From Spirochaetia bacterium (GTDB lineage Bacteria; Spirochaetota; Spirochaetia; SP-2023), in the NCBI GenBank assembly GCA_965225855.1, contig CBDDCK010000005.1:1696001-1760000 (forward strand): a DNA stretch of 64,000 nucleotides, read 5' to 3'. The notes below the pieces were generated by a model. That model saw only the letters and a program-made list of their open reading frames with translations. It had not been told where the DNA came from and did no database searches. Positions 9,306 to 18,156 of this stretch are shown here, piece after piece. A program made the position numbers and the translations under genes. Within the stretch, counting starts at the first letter, position 1; each line of letters starts with the position of its first letter.

Positions 9306-9435
9306 TTAAATGAACCTTTTGCTTTTAATTGTCTTTTTTCTAATGATAAAATGCTTTGATTTTTTGACAAACTGTATCAATTTCAGAATTTATCAATTGA
9401 CTAGATGACGGCAACTATAATCCATTTTTTGAAAG

Positions 9436-9540
9436 AGGACATGATAACTGAACGGGATAAGACGCGATAACTCGGGATTTTTTGGAACAAATGGGAAGGT
9501 AAAAATTGGCTTACTTTCCAAAATAAAAAGGTAAAAGAAA
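9436..9540. repeat. ~105-bp repeat, inverted copy at ~29500-29605
   Basis: ggacatgataactgaacgggataagac...ctttccaaaataaaaa is the reverse complement of 29505-29600. Confidence 0.9.
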
Positions 9541-9594
9541 TTTTAGCTAAGGCTAAAGCAGAACAATACCGATAAATAAATACCCCAGCCCCCT

Positions 9595-9815
9595 CTATCA
9601 ATAGAATTACCTCCCACCTATTTAATAGAATTGACCTAAATCTATCAATAGATTTACCTCGCACCTATTTAATAGAATCGACCCAAATCTATCAATAGAA
9701 TTACCTCCCACCTATTTAATAGAATCGACCTAAATCTATCAATAGAATTACCTCCCACCTATTGATAGAATTGACCCAAATCTATCAATAGATTTACCTC
9801 CCACCTATTAATACC
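9595..9815. repeat. Tandem array of alternating 23/24-bp units with palindromic CTAT-N2/3-ATAG core
   Basis: About 9-10 units alternating ctatcaatagaattacctcccac and ctatttaatagaatcgacctaaat; shorter arrays at ~2022-2146 and ~4905-5029. Confidence 0.95.
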
Positions 9816-9859
9816 CTAGTCTTTAATGAAATTTTCTACATCGGCACATAATCCAGGAC

Positions 9860-9970
9860 CTATACAACAATCATCGGCAATCGTTGGCCAAATTCTGAAC
9901 GCCCCTGAAAGAATAATATCCCGTTTTCATTTTCATTAAATGTTTCACCTTTTGGAGATTGCCCCATAGT
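9860..9970 (-). pseudogene. hsdS: Orphan HsdS target-recognition-domain fragment
   Basis: Manual translation gives TMGQSPKGETFNENENGILFFQGRSEFGQRLP, the characteristic start of an HsdS TRD class; too short for the ORF track. Confidence 0.75.
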
Positions 9971-10170
9971 GTAATCAAGGTGTAATCAAGTATTTTATTC
10001 AATTCTACACTTTCCCACCCCCAAAGGCCAAACAAAGGCCCAACCAACACTCTTAAGCCTTTTGATTGGCATGGATTTTTAACTACCTTACAACACTAAT
10101 GACCTAACAAAAACACAAAAAAAGTACCCAAACATAAAAAAAGCACAAAAAAACTTACAAAAAGCTTATA

Positions 10171-10266
10171 TAGGCCTTGACGCAACACCCCCCCTAGCAA
10201 AATGGGGATTTACAGACTAGCCCGTATGGGTTGGTCAATCTTTATCCCTTGTTGGAGGTATTGCTT
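10171..10266 (+). promoter_or_regulatory. Conserved lipoprotein-family leader (TTGAC, C7 tract, CCCGTATGGG palindrome, GGAGG RBS)
   Basis: Homologous copies at ~17805-17890, ~28834-28930, ~38688-38777 and ~50110-50205. Confidence 0.75.
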
Positions 10267-12138
10267 ATGTATAAGCTCAAACTATTTTTATTGCCATTAG
10301 CCTGGCTACTGGTCTTTATGGCCTTGGCCTGCGCCCCACCCGATGACGATGATCGATCTTCTGTGCCATCTAAGCCGTCTAGGCCGACTATCAATAACGC
10401 CATCTACGATGTTGGCAAGGCTCTGTTAACCGTACAAGGTACTGACTTAAGTCCTACAGAAGCCCAAATCCAAACTATCACGGTAGCTGGTGTAGCCTTC
10501 AGTTCCTATACTGCAGATGACCCAGCCACTGGGCCAGATAGTAATGGTCTTGCAGAAGGTAAGTACCGTATTGCAAACGATGGCACAGCGCTTTGGCTGA
10601 AACTTACCGATGACGATAAAGCTACTCTGAATGGCAAGGTGGGTAGCAATGGTCTAAAAAAAGGCTTGCTTACTAGCTCTGGTGCTTGGGCAGGTTTAAA
10701 TACACCTAAAGACTTGGACGTTAGTAATGTACCCGAAAATAAGCAGTCTAAAGTATCCGATGAGAATCAGCCATCTAAGCAAACTGAACAAGCTGAACAA
10801 GTCAAACAAGCTGAAGAGGAGTCGCGTAAACTACCCGAAGCCGAACAAACCGAAGAGGAGTCGCCTAAGCAACCTGAAGAAGCTGAAGAAGACGAACAAG
10901 TCGAACAAGCTGAAGAGGAGTCGCGTAAACTACCCGAAGCCGAACAAACCGAAGAGGAGTCGCCTAAGCAACCTGAAGAAGCTGAAGAAGACGAACAAGT
11001 CGAACAAGCTGAAGATCAGTCGCCTGAAGCCACAATTACCCGTGCAACCTACCATGTTGGTACGGCGCTGTTAACCTTGCAAGGTACTCACTTAAGTGCT
11101 ACAACTGCGACCCAAGCGCAAATCCAAACCATCGTGGTAGATGGCGTAGCCTTAAATTCTTATACTGCAGATGGCACAGCCACTGGGCCAGATAGTCGCA
11201 GTCTTGCAAAAGGTAAGTACCGTATGAAAAGAGATGGCACAGCGCTTTGGCTTTACCTTACCGATCAACATAAAGCTACTCTGAATGGCAAGACAGGTAT
11301 GGATAGCAATGGTCTAAAAGATGGGTTGCTTACTAGCACTGGTGCTTGGGCGGGTTTAAATACAGCCAAAGACTTAACCGTTAGTGGAAACCCACCCGCA
11401 ATTACCCGTGCAACCTACAATGTTGCTACAGGCGTGTTAGTGATTACAGGTACTAATTTACCAGCAGCAGTTGCAGGCTGGGACTTTAGCAAATTGAGGT
11501 TTAGAATAAGTAATAGTTTACGCAGCTACACATTACCCCGGCACTCAACTTTAGGTGCAAACAGAGCCACAGGTTCTGCAGCAAGTGCAACAAGCTTAAC
11601 GATTACTTTAAGCGGTAGAGTAAAAGCGCAAGCGGAAGCCGAGAATATATTGTCTAAGAATGGTCTTACAGGACGTACTGGTGGTGTATACAACCTGGAA
11701 GCAGCAGCAGGATTTGCAGGTGGTAGGGCAGCAGACACAAGCAATAACCCGATTACCGTTAGTGGCTACGCAATCCAGATCGACAGAGTAGAATACTATG
11801 CTGATAAAGGCGAGTTATGGCTTTATGGTACTAATTTACCGACAACAGTTGCAGACTGGGACTTTAGCAAATTGGCGCTTGTATCCGGTGATGGTAGTAA
11901 GGAATACCCATTACCTAAGGACACAACTGCAGGTACTGGGGTATTTGTTGAACTATTTGAATACGTCTTAATTATTACTTTAAGCGGTAGTGTAAAAGCG
12001 GAAGCCAATAAGATACTGGTTAAGAATGGTTATAGTGATGCTAATGGTGCATACAACCTGGAAGCAGCAGCAGGATTTATAATGGGTAATCCAGAAGACC
12101 CAACCACTAGTATTTTGGTTAGTGGGGTTGGTAAGTAG
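10267..12138 (+). CDS. Modular surface lipoprotein, paralog 1 (A-acidic linker-A-B-B)
   Basis: Lipobox ALA-C; ATG after GGAGG; ~120-aa repeated domains; 99-bp (33-aa) tandem duplication in the E/Q-rich linker (10801-11010). Confidence 0.9.
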   Translation: MYKLKLFLLPLAWLLVFMALACAPPDDDDRSSVPSKPSRPTINNAIYDVGKALLTVQGTDLSPTEAQIQTITVAGVAFSSYTADDPATGPDSNGLAEGKYRIANDGTALWLKLTDDDKATLNGKVGSNGLKKGLLTSSGAWAGLNTPKDLDVSNVPENKQSKVSDENQPSKQTEQAEQVKQAEEESRKLPEAEQTEEESPKQPEEAEEDEQVEQAEEESRKLPEAEQTEEESPKQPEEAEEDEQVEQAEDQSPEATITRATYHVGTALLTLQGTHLSATTATQAQIQTIVVDGVALNSYTADGTATGPDSRSLAKGKYRMKRDGTALWLYLTDQHKATLNGKTGMDSNGLKDGLLTSTGAWAGLNTAKDLTVSGNPPAITRATYNVATGVLVITGTNLPAAVAGWDFSKLRFRISNSLRSYTLPRHSTLGANRATGSAASATSLTITLSGRVKAQAEAENILSKNGLTGRTGGVYNLEAAAGFAGGRAADTSNNPITVSGYAIQIDRVEYYADKGELWLYGTNLPTTVADWDFSKLALVSGDGSKEYPLPKDTTAGTGVFVELFEYVLIITLSGSVKAEANKILVKNGYSDANGAYNLEAAAGFIMGNPEDPTTSILVSGVGK

Positions 12139-12368
12139 GGTTTGGTTTCAGCCTTGGTAAGTTTTTTATCAAGTCTGGAACAACCAAGCTAAAAGGTAAG
12201 TAAATTTGCACGCAAGTCGTTTTATTTTGCGTGCGCCGTTACATCAATTATGGAACCCTTTCTTCAAGTCCCATCTAAAGAAATTTGCAAAAACAAAGAT
12301 GCGATGTGAGCGAGCATAACTAAATAACTAAGCAAATTAAGTCAAGTGAGTTTTATTGCCTAGCTTAT

Positions 12369-13025
12369 TTATTTGAATTGTAAATCGGTTAAAATTTTGC
12401 TAGGGCAAAATTGGTTGCGGATTATCTTCAGGCATTGTTGCATCTTTTGGTAATCTTTTCGGCTGCGCCCGCTTGCATCATCGCTTCCCTCCAAGCCAGA
12501 AGATAAATCAAAGCCAAAGTAATGTTTACCTCGCTCCCTAGCGGCTAGCTGTTGCAGACTTTTGGAGTTTAAGCCACCGGCAATGAATAATTGTTGCTTA
12601 TTTTGGCACCAACTCGGCAAGCCATGCCATTCGCCAGAACCAAAACTTACATCGTAGAGGTAGTAGGCTGCACTTTGGCGGGCACGGTGCAGTAGCCATT
12701 GTTCCTCGCCAAAGAGAGGCATAAAGCGGCGTTCTTGAGGGACAAAATTGGGGTAGCTATCATAACATTGCAGCAATGCCTGCGGATATAGCCGAGCGTA
12801 AGCAGCCAGATGCTGCCACTTGTGTGCTACCAATACGCAGTTTCCAACTTTATTTTGGCCTTTGTTTTCGTGATGTGGCAATGTTTGCCATAGGATTTCC
12901 AGCTCTTGGGCGCAAACATAACGCTTGGATTTTGGCTCTACCACAATGCCCAAGAAATCATAGCCCAGGTTGTGGGCCCAAGAAAGCTCTTCGGCAGTGC
13001 GCAAACCACAGGCTTTTACCAGCAT
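12369..13025 (-). CDS. trpF: Phosphoribosylanthranilate isomerase
   Basis: VKACGLR, GIVVEPKSKRYV, FIAGGLN and FDLSSGLE motifs. Confidence 0.8.
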   Translation of the reverse strand: MLVKACGLRTAEELSWAHNLGYDFLGIVVEPKSKRYVCAQELEILWQTLPHHENKGQNKVGNCVLVAHKWQHLAAYARLYPQALLQCYDSYPNFVPQERRFMPLFGEEQWLLHRARQSAAYYLYDVSFGSGEWHGLPSWCQNKQQLFIAGGLNSKSLQQLAARERGKHYFGFDLSSGLEGSDDASGRSRKDYQKMQQCLKIIRNQFCPSKILTDLQFK

Positions 13026-13251
13026 AGTCTTACTCCTTCAGATTTTTCCCAAGTTGTTGAGAGTTGGAAGTATTTGTCTGTAGAATCATAGGTAATGATT
13101 TGGGCCTTTCTGCAGAAGAAATGTCTAGGTTATCTGAAGGATATTCCGCACAACTTCGGGGCTATCAATAGAGCCAGTGGTTATACCTCGTAGTCTATTG
13201 TATCTTGTTTTGGCACTAAAACTAAATGTTTTTTTATGATATTTTTATAGA

Positions 13252-13578
13252 TTGGATTATTTAATTTTTATTTCAGTTTTTTTATTTACAATTGAGGCCG
13301 CATTTGTGGAGGTCTATAATTTGAAAGGTATTTATGAACTCATTCCTGTGTGGAATTTAATTGGTTTAAATGATGATGGTGTGGACAAATCTCCATACCA
13401 TCGTTTAGAAGGTAACTTACTAGAATTGAAGCCATTTCAGATTGATTTAAACCAAATGTCACAGCTTGATCGTACTAACTTATCCAAAGTTTTGACAAAA
13501 ATAATGGTGAAATTATTTTTATTAGATGAATATTCATTTGAAATAGACTCTGAGATAGATAATACAATTGAGAATTGA
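13252..13578 (+). CDS. Hypothetical protein
   Basis: 108-aa ORF with hydrophobic N-terminus; no motif. Confidence 0.3.
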   Translation: MDYLIFISVFLFTIEAAFVEVYNLKGIYELIPVWNLIGLNDDGVDKSPYHRLEGNLLELKPFQIDLNQMSQLDRTNLSKVLTKIMVKLFLLDEYSFEIDSEIDNTIEN

Positions 13579-13755
13579 TTATAATTCTGCCAGATACTTT
13601 GGCTTGATCTATATATCTGTTTTTTATTAAAAAATCTGATATTCATACTAAATTTATACTTTGTTTTTTTATATAGAATCTTTTATTGTTGTTTTTAGGA
13701 AAATCCCTAGAATATGGGAAAATTACTTTTGTGCTGTTTGGGAGGGAAAGCCAAA

Positions 13756-15708
13756 ATGCCAGAGATTTCTATTATAAAATCATTTATACGAAAAAAACCC
13801 ATTTTCATTTTGTCTGCATTGTCTAAAAAAATGTTCCTAATTTATTTGTTGTTACAGCTATTTTTTATAAGTTGTACTTCTTTGAAATATGTTACTGGTG
13901 TTTATGGACAGAGCGAAAAAGAGCAAATTGATTTTGTTGTTAAAGTTCAAAATAAGAATGGGATAGCTCTTACAGACCTTACGTTAAATGATTTCTATGT
14001 AAAGCATAACAACCAACGACTGGAGCGTAAAAATCAATTACGTTTAAATGAAACGCTGTCTATAGTGAAGTTGTACATGGTTGTGTTAATTGATTTGCGA
14101 AAAAATCCAGAACAGGAAAATAATTTTGAGCGAAATCGTAAAGCTTTTAAAGCTTATTTAACTTTACAACCTCAAAATATCTATATTAAATTGATCAGTT
14201 ATGATACTGAAGCTAGAGTACTCAATGATGAGTTTAGTAATGACAAGATTATGCTGCAAAAATTATTACAAGATTTAGAGATGGTGCAAACTAGCACAAG
14301 CTCTGGTCTACAGCAAGCTTTAGATTTCGCTCAGAGTAATATTGATAATTTACCCAATGGCGCCTATGCTCTAAAGGCAGAAGTATTTGACACAGAAACA
14401 GTACGCAATGCAACAGAGCCTTTGTTATATAATTCTGCGGTATTATTATTGAATCACAATTCCATTGATATGGAAACACTGCAACCTTATTACGAGTTTT
14501 ATAACTTTGTTGTACTAGATACTACAGATAGTCTGGGACAACCAAAAAAGAAAAATTCTTTGGCCCCGATGCACAACAGTAATGGCGATGGAGTTGAAAC
14601 TATTTTAGGTATTTACAAATTACCTTCTGAACCCTCTGAATATTTGAATAAAGATATTAGTCAAAGTAGGGCTGTCAAGTTGGTAAATCAAGCTTGGGAT
14701 TCATTGAATAACATAGTCAATGGTTATTATTGGTTGACCTATCATAAATACACAGATATGAACAAGCTCGAACCCAATTCTATTTCCGTTTCTTTAACGC
14801 AGTATGGTCGTTCCACTGATGTAGGGTGGTTATTAGCTTATGAAAAAGCTAGTTTGGAGCAAAGTATATCTTTGAAAAATGAAGAATCTATTTTAGAAGG
14901 AGCAGATGCTTTGGTTCCAGAACAAAATGAAAATGTTGATTCTGCTATAGATGAAAAAGAAGAAATTGCCATAGAGTCGAGTTATGCCCTCGATTCAAAT
15001 ATCAATCAAAACGAAGGTATAGCTCGAGAAGAACAGGGCTATATGCTTGGAATGGAGAAAGTGGATTCAGAAAATAATATTTCTTTGGAAAATTTAGAAG
15101 ATGTAGCAACAATTGACCATTCATTGGATTTAGCCCCTCCTGCAATAGCAGAACCAGAGATAGATACACTGGCTTTGCTGCCTAGTGAACGCATACAAGA
15201 AGAAAAAATTGCAGCCACTCCTAGTTATCCTGAAGATGTTCGAATTGTTGTTGAATCTCCAATTGTCGATGATTTCGTTATATTGAGTAATTTGGGCAAA
15301 GAATCCTCTGGAACTGATAATGAATTAATCAATCAAAATGATAATGTGCAACAATATACGGCAGAACCAATTCAACTTGTCAGCACTGCTTCGTCTCATG
15401 AAATGGTAGAACCCACTATTGAACTGATTAAAGCTTTGCCAGAAGATATTACCAATGGCCGCTATATACAGGTTGGTGCCTTTACTAAGTTAGAAAATCT
15501 CTACAATGTTATAGAACGGCTCAGTGAAGATTATAGCGTTCAAGCTGTAACCAGTATGGTGAACGGCAAAGAATACAATCGTTGTATTGTTGGTCCATTG
15601 GATAGTAAAATAAAAGCTCGTAAGGTTTTACAGAAATTGAAAGCACGAAGCGGGCTTTATGATGCTTTTATTATCAGAAAGCCAATAGCAGAATGGATTG
15701 GTGAATAA
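13756..15708 (+). CDS. SPOR-domain (peptidoglycan-binding) putative lipoprotein
   Basis: C-terminal RYIQVGAF...RCIVGP...DAFI SPOR motif; LFFIS-C lipobox-like sequence; acidic linker. Start uncertain. Confidence 0.75.
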   Translation: MPEISIIKSFIRKKPIFILSALSKKMFLIYLLLQLFFISCTSLKYVTGVYGQSEKEQIDFVVKVQNKNGIALTDLTLNDFYVKHNNQRLERKNQLRLNETLSIVKLYMVVLIDLRKNPEQENNFERNRKAFKAYLTLQPQNIYIKLISYDTEARVLNDEFSNDKIMLQKLLQDLEMVQTSTSSGLQQALDFAQSNIDNLPNGAYALKAEVFDTETVRNATEPLLYNSAVLLLNHNSIDMETLQPYYEFYNFVVLDTTDSLGQPKKKNSLAPMHNSNGDGVETILGIYKLPSEPSEYLNKDISQSRAVKLVNQAWDSLNNIVNGYYWLTYHKYTDMNKLEPNSISVSLTQYGRSTDVGWLLAYEKASLEQSISLKNEESILEGADALVPEQNENVDSAIDEKEEIAIESSYALDSNINQNEGIAREEQGYMLGMEKVDSENNISLENLEDVATIDHSLDLAPPAIAEPEIDTLALLPSERIQEEKIAATPSYPEDVRIVVESPIVDDFVILSNLGKESSGTDNELINQNDNVQQYTAEPIQLVSTASSHEMVEPTIELIKALPEDITNGRYIQVGAFTKLENLYNVIERLSEDYSVQAVTSMVNGKEYNRCIVGPLDSKIKARKVLQKLKARSGLYDAFIIRKPIAEWIGE

Positions 15709-16236
15709 ACACCAAATTTACATTCCAATTACTGGTATTTTGGTCGAAAGATTATGCATAGGCAAAGGCTCCAGTCATTTTCGTTATTTGGCTGGTATTC
15801 CAACTACTTTACAGATAATCATTTTTAGTTTAAATTTGGTCAATATGTTTTTGTTTAGATTTTCTAATAAAACATATTGTAATTGATTTACTTTCTAGTC
15901 ATTTTATTTATGGTCACTCCAGTTTATTGAGTTATATGGTATGGGTACTAATCATTCTAAGTAGAGCAATATCGATGGTAATTACAGCAAGCCGTTTCAT
16001 TAAGTTGTTTCTAAAATAGATAAATTATTTATAAAATTTAGTTTAATTTTTTATGGTTTCTGGCATAATATTGAGGTTTCTAAATATAAAATTAAATAGG
16101 TAGTCTTTTTGTTGTAGCGTTATTAAATAGGGAATATGGAACGTCTTGATAATGGATTGAGAATTTCAAAGGGCAATTTGGCTATTACTTCTATTTATGG
16201 AACTCAAAGTAATGGTTTGCTGGTTTGCTGTATCAT

Positions 16237-16584
16237 ATGAAGAATTGCTCACATCCAAAGGGGTATGTCCGAGCCTATTCTGTAGGCCGAGATTTATTGT
16301 TTAGCGATAGCGTTGATAAATCTTATATTTTGAAATTTTCTGTTGTTCAGTGCACACTTTGTTTTAAAGTTTTTTGGGCAGGGTATTTGCGCAATGATGA
16401 TGTTATGGAATTCGAGTCCCCTCTGAAATCGAATCTACAGAAAGAAAAGCAAAAGCAGATTGTTTCAGAGCTACCTAATGAGACGAAAGCTTCGAAACGG
16501 GAGAAAGAATTGAAAGCTCCTGTGAAAAATCAAGAGAAAATTGAATCGATTAATATTGGTGGACGTAGGTGGGATAGTTTGTAA
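16237..16584 (+). CDS. Hypothetical protein (CxH / CxxC)
   Basis: ORF with possible metal-binding residues; convergent with tsaC. Confidence 0.4.
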   Translation: MKNCSHPKGYVRAYSVGRDLLFSDSVDKSYILKFSVVQCTLCFKVFWAGYLRNDDVMEFESPLKSNLQKEKQKQIVSELPNETKASKREKELKAPVKNQEKIESINIGGRRWDSL

Positions 16585-16585
16585 C

Positions 16586-17182
16586 TTACAGATTGAGGAA
16601 CAAATCTCCTTGGCGTAGTATTTTAGGCGATTGATAGCGGGCATCAACAATTGTCGATGCTTTGGTTGTTGGGCTTGCTTGTTCCGAAGTAAAATAGGGG
16701 ATAATTAGTCCAGCAGATATTTCTGTAGCAAATTCTTGTAACAATGCTTTCTGTGTCTTTGGTACGGCTTGGCCACTGCGGTTCGCACTGCTAGAGTACA
16801 AAGGGCTGCGAGTTACTCGGCATAATGTTTGTAATAATTGGTGCTGTGGAATGCGCACTGCTTGTGAGCCATCGACTAAATTATTATGGTTAGTTTTTGT
16901 TTTAACAGATAAAACGCAGGTTAATGGACCTGGCCAAAACTTTTGTAATTTAATAGAAGGTAGTTCTAGAGGGCTTTCTTTAAGCTGTTTTATATCCGCA
17001 AATAATTGTAAAAATGGTTTATTTTCTGGTCGTCCCTTTATTACTTCCAATGTTTTATAAGTATCGGGTGCCTTAGATACTAAACCGTAGATAGTATCGC
17101 ATAGCATTAATAGTACTTTACCCATTTCTAATGCTTGGGATAGATACTCTATTAAATCGTTGTCTTTGTTGCAGGTGTTCAT
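16586..17182 (-). CDS. tsaC: L-threonylcarbamoyladenylate synthase (Sua5/YrdC)
   Basis: DTIYGL, KGRPENKP, WPGPLT, AVRIP, SSANRSG, STIVD and LRQG motifs. Confidence 0.9.
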   Translation of the reverse strand: MNTCNKDNDLIEYLSQALEMGKVLLMLCDTIYGLVSKAPDTYKTLEVIKGRPENKPFLQLFADIKQLKESPLELPSIKLQKFWPGPLTCVLSVKTKTNHNNLVDGSQAVRIPQHQLLQTLCRVTRSPLYSSSANRSGQAVPKTQKALLQEFATEISAGLIIPYFTSEQASPTTKASTIVDARYQSPKILRQGDLFLNL

Positions 17183-17199
17183 TCGATATGTATTAGCAA

Positions 17200-17240
17200 A
17201 GTCGATAACTATGGATTAGGTCGGTCCATAGTTATCGACT
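17200..17240. repeat. 16-bp perfect hairpin within a ~65-bp repeat also found inverted at 39661-39725
   Basis: agtcgataactatgga-N9-tccatagttatcgact. Confidence 0.85.
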
Positions 17241-17530
17241 AGGTTGTTTCTCAATATTGGATGCAGGGCAACCCAGTATTCAATATGCCCCTACCTGGTC
17301 ATTGACTAGCTGAATATGGTTGCCATCTTGGGTTAGTAGAAATATTCCATTAGTTGATTTTTAACTGGGTCAATATAAAGTAAATTAGAGTTTAAGCCAA
17401 GTGCTTACCCTAAATTTATAATACAAAAAGGCAAAGCAAAGATTTTTAACAGTTTGCGACTAAAGCTAGTCATAGGTTGTGAATAGCGCTGTGATAAATT
17501 ATAAGTATTGTAAGTAGTAATAGTAAAAAC

Positions 17531-17803
17531 TTAGCGTATTTTTGTATATGATACAGCCAAAAGGACTGTAGCTAGAGTAGTCAGACATGGGCCTTTGAGT
17601 ACAAAATTATTAGATGTAAATACAAATTGGCTTGCGTCTGAAGAGTGGCTCCATCTGCCATGTATCCAGCTTGGTGGATTGATTCTAAAATTGTTTATGA
17701 CAGTGTTTTGTTTCACCCCTTGATCTGGGGCAAAGAAAAAGAGCAGTGTAAAGCTCAATAGTAACGCTACAGGGAATAAAAATAGTTTATGCTTACTGAT
17801 AAG
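17531..17803 (-). pseudogene. Degenerate lipoprotein-family gene with a different passenger
   Basis: Family leader and signal peptide present, but ATC at the start position and lipobox Cys replaced (FFFAPD); passenger FRINPPSWIHGRW is unrelated to the A/B domains. Confidence 0.6.
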
Positions 17804-18156
17804 CAATACCTCCAAAAAGAGATTAAAGTTAGCAAACCCATACGGGCTACGTTATAGCGCCCTATTGTGCAAGGGGGAAGTGAATCAAGAGGCTGGCAAG
17901 TTTTTTTGGCATTTTTTTGTGTTTTTGGTAGGCCTTTGCTTAAAGTGTTGTTTGGTAGCTATATAAAAATAGATTACTTGTAAATTTTTTGCTATTTATA
18001 AATGAACTCTTTTTCTTAAAATAACCTATAGATAGTAATAAAAAATTACTAATTTAAGTTTGGGAGGACTTCACAGCTCGGAACTTACTCGTTAAACTGG
18101 AAAACAATATTTTGCTACGATACCTGCTTATATTTATTTTATAGGAGTCTCAATCT

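Noticed and set aside
9595..9815. CRISPR array
   Set aside because: The constant core is only ~10 bp and the intervening 13-bp segments alternate between two types rather than being unique spacers; no cas genes.
10231..10266. 12-aa N-terminal extensions (MVNLYPLLEVLL) of the lipoproteins in the ORF track
   Set aside because: The GGAGG RBS lies inside this stretch, 8 bp before the ATG, so the ATG is the likely start.
10727..11074. Alternative-frame and antisense ORFs within the lipoprotein, dnaK, dnaJ and other genes
   Set aside because: Shadow ORFs caused by repeats and codon bias inside well-supported genes.
10267..12138. Diversity-generating retroelement acting on the lipoproteins
   Set aside because: No reverse transcriptase or non-coding template repeat in the window; differences include indels and non-adenine positions. 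A remote element cannot be fully excluded.
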